Below are positions 1 to 10,267 of a stretch of DNA of 64,000 nt, piece by piece. The stretch spans positions 544,001 through 608,000 of the forward strand of contig CBDAOY010000007.1 in the NCBI GenBank assembly GCA_965198225.1, read 5' to 3'. The stretch is from Terriglobia bacterium. Lineage in GTDB: Bacteria > Acidobacteriota > Terriglobia > 20CM-2-55-15. Made by a program: the position numbers and the translations under genes. How positions within the stretch are numbered: the first letter of the stretch is position 1; every line of letters starts with the position of its first letter. The notes below the pieces were generated by a model that did no database searches, was not told the origin of the DNA, and saw only the letters and a program-made list of their open reading frames with translations.

Positions 1-388
1 CGTCGCCTACCGTGCTTCCAACGAGGTGTCGGTCCGAATCGAGGAATTGATCCGGGTCGGGGAAGTGATCGATGCTGGGCTGGGGGCCGGCGCCAATCAG
101 CTCCAGGGAATCAGCTTCGGGCTGGAGGACGACCTGCCCGCGCGCGAGAACGCGCTCAGGCAGGCAGTCGCGGAGGCGCGCCGGAAGGCCGCGGCGATGG
201 CCGACGCTTTGGACGTCGAGCTCGGCTCGATCATCTCTGTCGAGGAAGGTAGTGTCTCCATAGCACGTCCCATGATGGACATGGGGGGCCGGGCGATGGC
301 GATGCAGGAGGCCGCCCCCACACCGGTTGCACCCGGCGAAGTGAGAGTCAGCGCCACCGTTTCCATCCGGTATCGGATCCTGCAGTAG
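1..388 (+). CDS. SIMPL/DUF541 domain protein, C-terminal part (5' end outside window)
   Basis: GANQLQGISFGL...ALRQAVAEARRKAAAMADALDVELG...PGEVRVSATVSIRY is the typical SIMPL C-terminus. Confidence 0.85.
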   Translation, partial: VAYRASNEVSVRIEELIRVGEVIDAGLGAGANQLQGISFGLEDDLPARENALRQAVAEARRKAAAMADALDVELGSIISVEEGSVSIARPMMDMGGRAMAMQEAAPTPVAPGEVRVSATVSIRYRILQ

Positions 389-390
389 CC

Positions 391-412
391 TGTAGGTGCG
401 GTCTTTGACCGG
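391..412. repeat. GTAG-type REP-like palindrome, single degenerate copy
   Basis: tGTAGgtgcggtctttgaccg matches the copies at 51490 and 58052. Confidence 0.6.
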
Positions 413-627
413 AACCATCTATTAGCGTCGGGCCCACCGTCCCCCTCCCGACGAAAGATTGAGCGTTCAAGCACTGATCGCTCTGTCCGGGTTTTGCGGA
501 GAAAGGCAGCTGGTCCGGCCCCCCCCCCCACGCCGGTTCCTCTCCAGTCGCGCCATTCCTGGTGTGCTCACACATAGCGCGACCGATCGTAGGGTTTCGC
601 TGTCTCAGGCCTGGGAGAAGAACTGGA

Positions 628-1560
628 TCAGCGGGACGAGATGAACTCGAACAGGAGGTTCGCCGCCAGCAGAGCCGTCACCTGACCCGGCCCGTCGTAG
701 AGCGGCGTAACCTCGACCAGATCGAAGCCGACGACGTCGAGTCCCTTCATCGCCCGCACGAAGGTCAGCGCCTCGTAACTGTCGAGCCCCCCGACTTCGG
801 GCGTACCGGTACCGGGGGCGAACGCCGGGTCGACGCAATCGATATCGAAGGACACGTAGATCTTTCCTTCTGCTCGAGATCGCATCTCATCGGCGATCTT
901 GCGGACGCCGTTCTCCCGAATCTCGTCGATAGTGATCCACCGGATGTCATGCTGCTTGTGAAAGTCGAAGTCGTCGGACGAGAACAGCGGGCCGCGGATA
1001 CCGATCTGTGTCATCCGATGAGTATCCACCAGGCCTTCTTCAACAGCTCGTCTGAACGGCGTGCCGTGAAAGTACTTGCCCCCGAAGTACTCGTCCCAGG
1101 TGTCGGGATGCGCATCGAAGTGAATCAGGCCGACCGGTCCGTGCTTCATGGCGACCGCACGAAGGATCGGCAGCGTGATGGAATGGTCTCCGCCGACCGA
1201 CACGGGTAGAATCGAGCGATCCAGGAGCCGCGTGATACCGGCCTCGACAAGTTCGTTGGTTTTCTCGATGCTGTTCGGGGCCGTATCGATGTCCCCGCAA
1301 TCGGCGACGTTATTGTTGTCGAATGGGTGGGATTCCAAATGCCGGTTGTAAGGTCGAATCAACGACGACTGTTCGCGAATCTCCCTCGGGCCGAAGCGGG
1401 CTCCTGGCCGGTAGGACGTCCCTCCGTCATAGGCGATGCCGGTAAGTGCGATGTCGACGTCTTCCAGATCCGGTACGTAGGGAAGCCTCATGAAGGTTGC
1501 CGGTTGGGAGAACCGGGGCGAGTTCATGGAGTCCTTAGGCTGGTATTTTCCCGGGCTCAT
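628..1560 (-). CDS. speB: Agmatinase (ureohydrolase family)
   Basis: GGDHSIT, HFDAHPD, SFDIDCVDPAFAPGTGTP motifs; the start could be 1560 or 1527. Confidence 0.88.
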   Translation of the reverse strand: MSPGKYQPKDSMNSPRFSQPATFMRLPYVPDLEDVDIALTGIAYDGGTSYRPGARFGPREIREQSSLIRPYNRHLESHPFDNNNVADCGDIDTAPNSIEKTNELVEAGITRLLDRSILPVSVGGDHSITLPILRAVAMKHGPVGLIHFDAHPDTWDEYFGGKYFHGTPFRRAVEEGLVDTHRMTQIGIRGPLFSSDDFDFHKQHDIRWITIDEIRENGVRKIADEMRSRAEGKIYVSFDIDCVDPAFAPGTGTPEVGGLDSYEALTFVRAMKGLDVVGFDLVEVTPLYDGPGQVTALLAANLLFEFISSR

Positions 1561-1642
1561 CAGCGGGCATCTTAACACGGGGCTCCGGCACCGGTTCCCG
1601 GTGCCGTGTGGCCCACTGGAGGCCGCTGACGGGATGCATTTC

Positions 1643-1915
1643 TAGTGACCTGCAACAGTGCTATCGGTACCAGCGTTCGGCGGAACGGCGTCGGATTCTA
1701 GGAGTGACGCCCGAGCCAATGCTGTTTCATTGCGAGGGAGTTACGACACCGAAGACGGCGCCGTTGGGCCGAACCCTTCGGGCCGATGGGGGTTGCGGGC
1801 GATCTCTTTGTCGGAAGCCGTCACCGATGAAAGAGCATCGCTTTCCGCCTCCCTCCTCGACCTCGCCCGCAAGACCCATCGGCGATGGTGCCGATAGCAC
1901 TGTTACAGGCCACTA
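1643..1915. mobile_element. MITE-like non-autonomous element with 30-bp terminal inverted repeats
   Basis: 1643-1672 tagtgacctgcaacagtgctatcggtacca versus the reverse complement of 1886-1915, tagtggcctgtaacagtgctatcggcacca (27/30); TA at both ends; no convincing ORF inside. Confidence 0.7.
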
Positions 1916-1920
1916 ATCCT

Positions 1921-2235
1921 TCAATCGGAGGCCGCCGGCGCCCAGAAACGGACTTCGCAGTGGCTGCATCGATAAGCGCGGGAAAAGATCCTCACTCGCT
2001 CCAGCCCCCGGCGCTTCGACCTCCGCGCTGCCCGTCCGCATGTGGGACACGGCTTGGTGCGATTCGGTTCGGAATGCCTGGGGGATTCCGTTGCACGCCA
2101 GATGGGCCCGAGCTGAATGCGGTCGCATTTCAAGCATCGCACGGGACGCCGCAAGGTCAGCAGTGCCAGGTAATCGGACAACCGGCCGAAGGGTTCCGGG
2201 CTCCAGTGGCTGTTGTTGCATCTCGGGCAGTGCAT
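1921..2235 (-). CDS. Hypothetical tandem zinc-ribbon protein
   Basis: Four CxxC pairs (CPRC, CLKC, CPTC, CSHC) in two similar halves. Confidence 0.6.
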   Translation of the reverse strand: MHCPRCNNSHWSPEPFGRLSDYLALLTLRRPVRCLKCDRIQLGPIWRATESPRHSEPNRTKPCPTCGRAARRSKRRGLERVRIFSRAYRCSHCEVRFWAPAASD

Positions 2236-2454
2236 CGGATCAGGCAGCTCCTACAATAACCCACAAAAAGGAAATTACTGTAAATCCTATCACCGCTGGT
2301 AGGCGCTTGTACAGGATGGGTTTGCTTCCCGATAGAGTCAAGCATTCCCCTTCGGTCAGCGAACGTCGGCGATCGAAACAAGTCGTCCACAAAAGGGCCG
2401 TAATGTGCTATTTTTTTCCGCCTAAACCAGTTCGCCTACGAAGGAGACCACATC

Positions 2455-2974
2455 GTGAAAAGATTGATCCTGGCTACCCTCATCGTGAGTGCGCCCCTCA
2501 TCAGCACCACGCTCGTTGCGCATCCCCACTTCAACAAGATTGTCAGCACCAACCTGGGCGGAGTTGATGTGAAGGTTAGCTACCTGACCGTCCCGGCCAA
2601 CGAATCCCACGCCCGCGAGGCCGCAGTCGGGCAGTTCATCTCGCCGCTCGAGCCTCAGTTCGAAACTTCCGGGAACCTGAAGGACGGCGCGAGCGACTGG
2701 AACCGGTGCGGGGGTGTCGATCCCGGCCGGGACTTACACCGTCGGCGTCGTCAAGGACGGCGCGAGCGACTGGAACCTGGTGCTGTATCCGGGTCGTGCG
2801 GGCGGAAACATGGACATGAGCCGGGCCATCACACTCAATTCGATGTTTTCGACCGAGGTGGGTACGACCGAGCATATTCTTATCGACATCACGCCCGGTC
2901 ACGGCGACCACGAGGGAATGGCAACCCTGACCATACACTTCGGCAGCCTGTTTATTTCAGGAGCGCTGTCTTAG
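2455..2974 (+). pseudogene. Secreted DUF2911-like protein, frameshifted at ~2680-2705
   Basis: Signal peptide MKRLILATLIV... then VDVKVSY; continues in another frame as GVSIPAGTYTV...WNLVL; a 25-bp sequence occurs at both 2680-2704 and 2753-2777. Confidence 0.6.
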
Positions 2975-2983
2975 GGACGTAGT

Positions 2984-3133
2984 CCGTAGGCCGTAGGCCG
3001 TTGTCCGTTGGGATGAAACGCAAAGCCGTCCCCCACCAACAGGCGGCCCTTGCCGTTGAGATCTGACGGCCGACCATCGACCACTGTCGAGGTGTGCGTA
3101 GTGTGCCGCAACGGCCTACGGACAACGGCCTAC
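2984..3133. repeat. Inverted heptamer (CCGTAGG/CCGTTGT) arrays between convergent genes
   Basis: Left arm ccgtaggccgtaggccgttgtccgttg; right arm caacggcctacggacaacggcctacg. Confidence 0.75.
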
Positions 3134-3138
3134 GCCTC

Positions 3139-3360
3139 TTACTCCTCCCGCCTCTCCTGCCACTCCTCGTACCAGGCCATCTGAATCGCTTCGAGTTTCT
3201 TTTCGTTGGATAACTTCGGATCGTCGTCGAAATCTTCGAGCGCCGTGGTCCAACGGAGCAGGTCTGTGAAGCGGATCGTCAGCGGGTCTTTGTCCGGGAA
3301 CTGGTCGCATAGCGCGATTGCGATGTCTTCGGAATCGATCCAGGTGATTTTTCGATTCAT
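3139..3360 (-). CDS. iscX: Fe-S cluster assembly protein IscX
   Basis: WIDSEDIAIAL...DPLTIRFTDL...SNEKKLEAIQMAW; last gene of the isc operon. Confidence 0.92.
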   Translation of the reverse strand: MNRKITWIDSEDIAIALCDQFPDKDPLTIRFTDLLRWTTALEDFDDDPKLSNEKKLEAIQMAWYEEWQERREE

Positions 3361-5159
3361 TGGATCTCCTTGACACGCTTGTTCTTGAGGGCTTTGCCGA
3401 TGGCCGCGGTCATGACGAGCTCCGCCAGCCGCATCGTGGCCTCGTTGACAGCCTCGATCGCGTCACGTATCGCCTCGTGATCCTCTGTCTTGATCGTGTC
3501 CTCCAGATGGCGGACAGCGTCGTCGATCTTCTTTTTTTCGTCGTCGGACAACTCTCCGTACTCCGGTTCCCCCCCCGAACGATCACAGGCCCGCAGCATC
3601 GTCCGGGCCTCATTGCGAGCTTCGATGACAAGTCGCGCTTCGATGTCGGCTTCGGCGTGCTCGAAGGATTCGAGGATCATTTCCTCGACCTGCTCGTCGG
3701 TCAGGCCGTAGGTCGGCTTGACTTCGATCGACTGGTATTTGCCGGTTCGCTCTTCCTTGGCAGAGACGCTCAAGATGCCGTCGGCATCGATCAGGAACTT
3801 CACCCCGATTCGAGGAAGGCCCGCCGGCATCGGTGGGATGTTCTCGAGGTCGAATTCCGCGAGGCTCCTGCAGTCGCCCACGAGTTCTCGCTCTCCCTGG
3901 AGGACATGAATCTTGACGTTCGTCTGACCTTCCACGTACGTCGTGAACGACTCGGTGGCGCTGGCCGGTATCGTCGAGTTCCGGGGGATGATCTGCGACA
4001 TCACACCTCCGATCGTCTCGATGCCGAGTGAAAGTGGCGTCACGTCGAGCAGGAGCGTATCCCTCCGGCTGCCGGATAGGATGTCCGCCTGTACCGCCGC
4101 TCCGAGAGCGACGACTTCTTCGGGGTTGAGCTCAGTGTGGGGCACCTGTCCGAACAACTCCTCGACCCGCTGACGAACCAGCGGGATGCGCGTCGAACCT
4201 CCGACCATGACGACTTCATCGATAGCCCCGGCGTCGATACCGGCATCCTTCAATGCCAGTCTGCAGGGAACGAGGGTCCGCTCAATGATCGGTCCGATCA
4301 AATCCTCGAATTCGCGGCGGGCGATTTCACGCGCGTAGTTGAGTGCGGGAAGGACGACGTCGGCCTCTCCGGCGCTGGACAGGTCTTCCTTCGCGGCTCG
4401 GACCCCAACCCGGATCTCCTGTATCGCATGCTTGTCGGGTTCAGTGCCCAACTCGGCCATCACCAACCGCATGAGCGCCTTGTCGATGTCGTCCCCACCG
4501 AGGTGCGTATCGCCTGCCGTGGATAGAACTTCGAAAATACCCTCACTGAGCTTCAGAATTGATATATCGAACGTACCCCCGCCGAAATCATAGACGGCGA
4601 TGATGCCCTGCTTCCCTTCCTGGAGGCCGTAAGCGAGGGAAGCAGCAGTCGGCTCGTTGACGATCCTCAGCACGTCGAGTCCTGCGATTCGACCGGCATC
4701 CTTGGTTGCCTGACGCTCGGCGTCGTTGAAGTAAGCCGGGACGGTGATCACAGCGTTTGTGATTTCCTCGCCCAGTGCCATTTCGGCGCGGCGCTTCAAC
4801 TCGCGCAACACGAATGCCGACAACTCCGGCGGCGTGTACTCCCGGCCGAAGATGTTGATCCGGACGATGTTCTCGCTCTCCGAAGAAACCTTGAACGGCA
4901 GGAGATCGAGATCGTCCTGTATGTCGTCCAGCCCCTTTCCCATGAAACGCTTGATCGAGAAGATCGTGTGTTCCGGGTCATCGATGATCTTCTCGAGAGC
5001 GCTGTCGCCGACAAGCACGCTCCCGTCTTCCTTGAAATAGGTGACGGACTGGACGATCTTCCGCCCGTCCGCGTCCTCGAGTATCTGGGGCACGCCGCCC
5101 TCCGCGATCGCGACGAGGCTGTTTGTGGTTCCGAGGTCGATTCCTATGAGTCTGGACAT
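3357..5159 (-). CDS. hscA: Fe-S protein assembly chaperone HscA (Hsp70 family)
   Basis: [30 protein letters not shown]; ATG overlaps the hscB stop (TAATG); isc context. Confidence 0.92.
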   Translation of the reverse strand: MSRLIGIDLGTTNSLVAIAEGGVPQILEDADGRKIVQSVTYFKEDGSVLVGDSALEKIIDDPEHTIFSIKRFMGKGLDDIQDDLDLLPFKVSSESENIVRINIFGREYTPPELSAFVLRELKRRAEMALGEEITNAVITVPAYFNDAERQATKDAGRIAGLDVLRIVNEPTAASLAYGLQEGKQGIIAVYDFGGGTFDISILKLSEGIFEVLSTAGDTHLGGDDIDKALMRLVMAELGTEPDKHAIQEIRVGVRAAKEDLSSAGEADVVLPALNYAREIARREFEDLIGPIIERTLVPCRLALKDAGIDAGAIDEVVMVGGSTRIPLVRQRVEELFGQVPHTELNPEEVVALGAAVQADILSGSRRDTLLLDVTPLSLGIETIGGVMSQIIPRNSTIPASATESFTTYVEGQTNVKIHVLQGERELVGDCRSLAEFDLENIPPMPAGLPRIGVKFLIDADGILSVSAKEERTGKYQSIEVKPTYGLTDEQVEEMILESFEHAEADIEARLVIEARNEARTMLRACDRSGGEPEYGELSDDEKKKIDDAVRHLEDTIKTEDHEAIRDAIEAVNEATMRLAELVMTAAIGKALKNKRVKEIQ

Positions 5160-5728
5160 TACAGCGACACCTCGTTTTCGATATCCCGCTCCAGATTTCG
5201 GATGTAGGAAGCTCGAGAAATGACATCGGATAGTGAAGTCAGCTGCTGGCGGCGGTCTTCCTCGGACGCACCGGTTGAAACCAACGCGTCCCATCGGGCA
5301 AAGGCTTGGGAGAGCTCCTCGTCGTAGGCGCCCCGTTTATCAGCGATCTGCTCATGAAACTCCTTCAGTTCGTCGACCAGCCCACCGACGTCCTGCCCCG
5401 ACTGCCGTCCGGCGCGAATCTGCTCCAGCTCTTCGTTGATCTCGAAGACCTCCATGAGGAGGGTTTGTGGAACCTTGCTCCGCTCGATGGTGAAGCCGCG
5501 GCTTTCGAGCAGGTATTCCGCACGTTTGGTCGGGTTTTTCAACGTCCGGTAGCCATCGTTCAACCGGGCCGTCATCCGAAGAGCCTCTTCCTGTTCATCC
5601 TGGGAGCGGTCGGTATGGAAATCGGGATGATGTCTTCGACTGAGCTCGTGGAACCGCTTCTCCAGATCCGCCAGGTCCAGATTCAGGATCGGCGGCAGGC
5701 CGAATATCTCGAAATAATCCATGTTCAA
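5159..5728 (-). CDS. hscB: Fe-S assembly co-chaperone HscB
   Basis: J-domain with HPD, DYFEIFGL, LLMEVFEINEEL. Confidence 0.9.
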   Translation of the reverse strand: MNMDYFEIFGLPPILNLDLADLEKRFHELSRRHHPDFHTDRSQDEQEEALRMTARLNDGYRTLKNPTKRAEYLLESRGFTIERSKVPQTLLMEVFEINEELEQIRAGRQSGQDVGGLVDELKEFHEQIADKRGAYDEELSQAFARWDALVSTGASEEDRRQQLTSLSDVISRASYIRNLERDIENEVSL

Positions 5729-5779
5729 AAAATAAGGGCCGCGGGGAACGGCCCAGGTTTCCGACGGTAATCGGGCATG

Positions 5780-6106
5780 TCAGATCGAGAACGAATCGCC
5801 GCAGCCGCAAGACTTCTTCGCATTCGGGTTCATGAAGACGAATCCCTTTCCCATCAGGCCGTCGTCGAAATCGAGGACCGTGTTGTTGAGGTAGATGTAG
5901 CTCTTCAAGTCGCAATACAGCTTGACGGCCTCGCGTTCGAACACCTTGTCGCCCTTCCGGGTCTCCGACTCGAAGCCGAGGTTGTAGGACAGGCCGGAGC
6001 AGCCTCCGCCCTTGACGCCGACGCGCAAACCGCCGGCGTCGACTCCCTCTTTGTCCCGGAGCCTCTTGATTTCGTCGACGGCCCGGTCTGTGATTTCAAT
6101 CGCCAC
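5780..6106 (-). CDS. iscA: A-type Fe-S carrier IscA
   Basis: GGGCSG and NPNAKKSCGCGDSF. Confidence 0.9.
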   Translation of the reverse strand: MAIEITDRAVDEIKRLRDKEGVDAGGLRVGVKGGGCSGLSYNLGFESETRKGDKVFEREAVKLYCDLKSYIYLNNTVLDFDDGLMGKGFVFMNPNAKKSCGCGDSFSI

Positions 6107-6135
6107 TCCCTGACAACCTCCAGGTACTCGGACTT

Positions 6136-6531
6136 CTAGGCGCCGTCCTCGGGGTGTTTGTCTTTCCAGTCGTTGATGGCCGCCTTGATTGCATCTTCGG
6201 CCAGTACGGAGCAGTGAATCTTCACCGGCGGCAGGCTGAGTTCCTTCACGATTTCGGTGTTCTTGATCGTGAGAGCCTCATCCAGCGTTTTGCCCTTGAC
6301 CCACTCGGTTGCGAGACTCGAGCTGGCGATCGCGCTGCCGCACCCGAAGGTCTTGAACTTGGCGTCCTCGATGACTCCGCTCCCCTCGTCGACCTTGATC
6401 TGCAGCTTCATCACGTCGCCGCACTCAGGTGCTCCGACCAGGCCGGTGCCGACATCGTCCTCGTCTTTCTTGAACGAGCCGACGTTTCGCGGGTTGTTGT
6501 AGTGATCAACTACCTTTTCTGAATAGGCCAT
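6136..6531 (-). CDS. iscU: Fe-S scaffold IscU
   Basis: GAPECGDVM, KTFGCGSAIA, LPPVKIHCS. Confidence 0.95.
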   Translation of the reverse strand: MAYSEKVVDHYNNPRNVGSFKKDEDDVGTGLVGAPECGDVMKLQIKVDEGSGVIEDAKFKTFGCGSAIASSSLATEWVKGKTLDEALTIKNTEIVKELSLPPVKIHCSVLAEDAIKAAINDWKDKHPEDGA

Positions 6532-6589
6532 TTCCCATGATCTCCTTTGTTTCGAATGCCTCGCTGCTTGAAACGGTTAGCAATGATTC

Positions 6590-7816
6590 CTAAAGTGCTG
6601 CCCAGTTCACGGTTTTCAGGTCGATGCCTTCCTTCGCCATCTCGTAGAGCGGAGACAGGTCCCTCAGCCTCCGTACCGTCTCGGTCACTCGCTCGGCAAC
6701 GTAGTCGACCTCTTCTTCGGTGTTGAAGCGACCGATTCCGAAACGGATCGATGTGTGGGCCAGATCTTCTCCGACTCCCAGGGCTTTCAGCACGTACGAG
6801 GGTTCCAGGCTGGCCGACGTACACGCCGATCCTGAAGAGACTGCGATGTTGTCGATACCCATGAGCAGAGATTCGCCTTCGACGTAAGCGAAGCTCATGT
6901 TGAGGTTTCCCGGGACACGCCGCTCGAGGTCACCGTTGATGAACACTTCGTCCAGGTTTTCTTCGAACGTCGTCCGCAGTCTCTCCCGGAGCTGGAAGAT
7001 TCGCGCCATTTCCTCTTCAAGCTCTTCGGCGGCCAGCTCGGCCGCTTTTCCGAAACCGACGATACCGGGAACGTTGAGTGTGCCCGATCGCATTCCACGT
7101 TCATGACCGCCCCCGTCGATGAGCGGGCTCAGCAGGACCCTCGGCTTCCGACGTCGAACGTAGATTGCGCCGACTCCCTTGGGACCGTACATCTTGTGAG
7201 CACTGATCGACGCGATATCGACGTTCATTTCCTGGACATCGAACGGCACTTTGCCGACGGCCTGGACGGCGTCGGTGTGGAACAGAACGCCCTTTTCTCT
7301 GGCGATACGACCGATTTCCTTGACGTCCTGCAGGACCCCTACTTCGTTGTTCGCCATCATGATCGAGATCAGGATGGTCTTGTCGGTGATGGCGGCCTCG
7401 AGCTCGTCGAGATCGATCATGCCCAGCTTATCCACAGGCAGGAAGGTGACGCGGATGCCGTTCTTCTCGAGGTGTTTTGCGCTGTCGATGATCGCCTTGT
7501 GTTCGGTCACGCAGGTGATGATGTGATCACCCTTCTGCGCATACATCTCGGCGACGCCTTTCAGGGCGAGGTTGTCTGATTCGGTGGCCCCGCTGGTGAA
7601 AACGATCTCCTTCGGATTGGCGTTGATCAGCGCCGCAACCTGCCTGCGAGCACGATCGACGGCCTCTTCGGCCGTCCATCCGAATTGATGATTCCGACTT
7701 GCCGCGTTCCCGAATCGATCCTGGAAGTAGGGCAGCATCTCTTCGAGCGCCCTCGGATCGACCGGAGTCGTGGCGTGGTTGTCCATGTATACAGGGAGCT
7801 TGACCATTGTCGTCAC
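6590..7816 (-). CDS. iscS: Cysteine desulfurase IscS
   Basis: [25 protein letters not shown]. Confidence 0.95.
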   Translation of the reverse strand: MTTMVKLPVYMDNHATTPVDPRALEEMLPYFQDRFGNAASRNHQFGWTAEEAVDRARRQVAALINANPKEIVFTSGATESDNLALKGVAEMYAQKGDHIITCVTEHKAIIDSAKHLEKNGIRVTFLPVDKLGMIDLDELEAAITDKTILISIMMANNEVGVLQDVKEIGRIAREKGVLFHTDAVQAVGKVPFDVQEMNVDIASISAHKMYGPKGVGAIYVRRRKPRVLLSPLIDGGGHERGMRSGTLNVPGIVGFGKAAELAAEELEEEMARIFQLRERLRTTFEENLDEVFINGDLERRVPGNLNMSFAYVEGESLLMGIDNIAVSSGSACTSASLEPSYVLKALGVGEDLAHTSIRFGIGRFNTEEEVDYVAERVTETVRRLRDLSPLYEMAKEGIDLKTVNWAAL

Positions 7817-7824
7817 CTCGGTTC

Positions 7825-8244
7825 CTATAGCTTCTCCAGCACTATGTCCGGCGTCGCCAGTTCGTGGATCGTTGTGTCGACCAGTACGTTGACGACCTTC
7901 TGCTTAAGGTTGCGCAGCGGATCGCGGATCGAGCACAGCAGGATCTGATCGCACTCATCGTCGGCTTCGCAGGGCGTCAGAAGAACCGGCCCTTCCAGCG
8001 CCTCGATCACGTCGATTACCGATATCGCCTCAGGATCCCGGGCCAGGGCGTAACCTCCGTTCGGTCCGTGATGCGACATCAGCAACCCTTCACGAACGAG
8101 ACGCTGAAGCACCTTCGCCAGCAGTTCCGGCGGGATGTTGTAGGTGCGTGCGATTTCGGGGGCACTGTGGGCAGTCTCATTGTTTAAAGTCAGATGTTTC
8201 AGCGCAATCAAGCCGTAGTCTGCCTTTTTGGATAACCTAAACAT
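7825..8244 (-). CDS. iscR: Rrf2-family regulator (IscR-like)
   Basis: [11 protein letters not shown]...GPNGGYAL..., three Cys (C-x5-C-x5-C); first gene of the isc operon. Confidence 0.75.
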   Translation of the reverse strand: MFRLSKKADYGLIALKHLTLNNETAHSAPEIARTYNIPPELLAKVLQRLVREGLLMSHHGPNGGYALARDPEAISVIDVIEALEGPVLLTPCEADDECDQILLCSIRDPLRNLKQKVVNVLVDTTIHELATPDIVLEKL

Positions 8245-8379
8245 CGCTGTGGCCTTCCGGGTTTGCGAAGCAATGCCGACCCAATCAATCCCCGATCTTT
8301 TTGATCGCCGATCAAATTGGTCGCCTTTAAGAGATAGAATAGACCCCACCGAACGATTTCGTCAAGCGCAGATTCCCTC

Positions 8380-9081
8380 TTATGGAGCGGAACCTGTTGA
8401 AATGTTTAGGATGGACAGGATCTCAGCGAGGCTCGAGATACACCAGACGTCGGTTGGAGGGCCCTGGTCGTGCCGACGGAGCAGGATGGCAGTCAGCCCG
8501 GCCCCGCCGGCCGCGGCAAAGTCCTCAATCAGTTGGTCTCCCACGAACAGCGCTTCGCCCGGTCGGACGTCCAGCGATCGGGTGGCCGAATGAAAGATGC
8601 GGGGGTCCGGTTTCGCGTATCCGCAGGACGCGGGTATCGTCACGGAATCCACCAGGGCTTCGAGTTGGAGCGCTTCGAGGACGTCCCCAAGCCGCGCGTC
8701 GAAATTGGAAACGATTCCAAGACTGTAGCCTCCGGCCCTTAGCGCTCTCAGCACCTCCGGGGTCTCGGAAAAACATCGCCATGTTCGGGCTGTTCGGAAC
8801 AGCTCGTAGAGTTCCTCGAAGAACGTGTCGAAACCAGAGACCGGTCCGACCTCGTCGAAGATCGAACGAACCATGGATTTCCAGGAATCCTTGTCCTTGG
8901 GCCCACCCGATACGCACCAATGGCGCAGAAAGGCGGCCTGTATCGCTTCCACCGTCGCGTCGGAGCCGTAGCCCAGGGCCACTTCACTGTAGAGTTCGCC
9001 GACCGTCCCTCGGGTGTCGAACAGAGTCCCCGCCGCGTCGAAGAGGACGGCTTTGATCCGAGTCGCATCGAAGTCCTCCAT
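8380..9081 (-). CDS. HAD-IA family hydrolase (REG-2-like)
   Basis: FDAAGTL, IVSNFD, KPDPRIF, VGDQLIED. Confidence 0.85.
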   Translation of the reverse strand: MEDFDATRIKAVLFDAAGTLFDTRGTVGELYSEVALGYGSDATVEAIQAAFLRHWCVSGGPKDKDSWKSMVRSIFDEVGPVSGFDTFFEELYELFRTARTWRCFSETPEVLRALRAGGYSLGIVSNFDARLGDVLEALQLEALVDSVTIPASCGYAKPDPRIFHSATRSLDVRPGEALFVGDQLIEDFAAAGGAGLTAILLRRHDQGPPTDVWCISSLAEILSILNISTGSAP

Positions 9082-9163
9082 CGTTTCGAGATTAGCACTT
9101 CCTCGTCTGTGGGTTACACTCCCGCGAGCGACTGACAAAACCGAGAAACCTGAGGAAACAGTC

Positions 9164-9796
9164 ATGAACGGAATAACCAATGGATCCGTCGAGAAGTACA
9201 TGCACGACCTTGTTCCGCCGCGCGATCCGGTGCTTCAGGAGATCGAAGAGCTGGCGGCGGAGCAGCGGATACCGATCGTCGGCCCCGCAGTCGGCCGGTT
9301 GCTCGAGCAGCTTGCCCGGTCGATCGACGCCGGCCGCGTATTCGAAATGGGATCGGCCGTCGGCTACTCCACGATCTGGCTCGCACGGGGAGTGGGAGCA
9401 GGCGGCAAGGTCTACTACACCGACGGGAGTCGGGACAGGGCGCGACAGGCGGAGGGCTATTTCCACCGCGCCGGCATCCGCGAACGGGTTGAAGTCATGA
9501 CGGGTAACTCCCTGGATCTCATCGACGAGACCGAGGGAGAATTCGATGTCGTCTTCAACGATGTCGATAAACACTACTACCCGGAGGTCTACCGTCGGGT
9601 TCGGGACCGTGTCCGCGCCGGCGGCCTACTCGTCACCGACAACGTCCTCTGGTCCGGGAGAGTGGCCGACCCGGGAGTCGACGACCGTGATACGGCGGCG
9701 ATCCGGGAGTTCAACGAGTTGCTGTACGCGGACGAGAGCTACCTGAACACCATCGTGCCGCTTCGGGACGGTGTGTCGATAGCCCTTCGAATCTAG
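9164..9796 (+). CDS. O-methyltransferase (methyltransferase-3 family)
   Basis: EMGSAVGYS, FNDVDK, TDNVLWSG, PLRDG. Confidence 0.88.
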   Translation: MNGITNGSVEKYMHDLVPPRDPVLQEIEELAAEQRIPIVGPAVGRLLEQLARSIDAGRVFEMGSAVGYSTIWLARGVGAGGKVYYTDGSRDRARQAEGYFHRAGIRERVEVMTGNSLDLIDETEGEFDVVFNDVDKHYYPEVYRRVRDRVRAGGLLVTDNVLWSGRVADPGVDDRDTAAIREFNELLYADESYLNTIVPLRDGVSIALRI

Positions 9797-9799
9797 TGA

Positions 9800-10075
9800 T
9801 CACGAGGTCGCGACGCGCACACTGTCGAGATCGACGAGCGAACGGCCGTTGTAGTCCTCTTCCCAGGGAATGTGCAAGGTAAGCGAATCACGGGTGGCGA
9901 CCAGTTCGGCCCGTCGTGATTCGGTTTCGGTTTCACCGATGAACGTCGTCGAGAATCCTTCGGTCTCGAAAAACCGCTGGATGGTCGGCAGGACGTCCTG
10001 GTAGACGCCGTCCCAGTTCTTTCCGAAATCTTCCCGCCTCAGAAACTCTTCCAGTCTCGCGACGATTTCGTCCAT
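9800..10075 (-). CDS. Hypothetical protein
   Basis: Acidic ORF with coding-like composition that fills the gap; no motif recognised. Confidence 0.55.
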   Translation of the reverse strand: MDEIVARLEEFLRREDFGKNWDGVYQDVLPTIQRFFETEGFSTTFIGETETESRRAELVATRDSLTLHIPWEEDYNGRSLVDLDSVRVATS

Positions 10076-10267
10076 CAGAACCGATTTTCCCAGATTGTCC
10101 TCCTCGTGTATAGTAGCTCGCCGTCGAATGGGATGAGCGCGACGAACTTGACTGAATTGGGATGAGATGTGACCGACGACTCAGCAACAAGGTGTTATTT
10201 CTGTGCGGCCTTCGCGGCAGCCTTTCCAGAGGTTTCTGGCGAGCCTACTCGTCACCGATGCAACGAT

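Noticed and set aside
519-529. Poly-C run as a phase-variation tract
   Set aside because: Lies between convergent 3' ends, not in a promoter or coding region.
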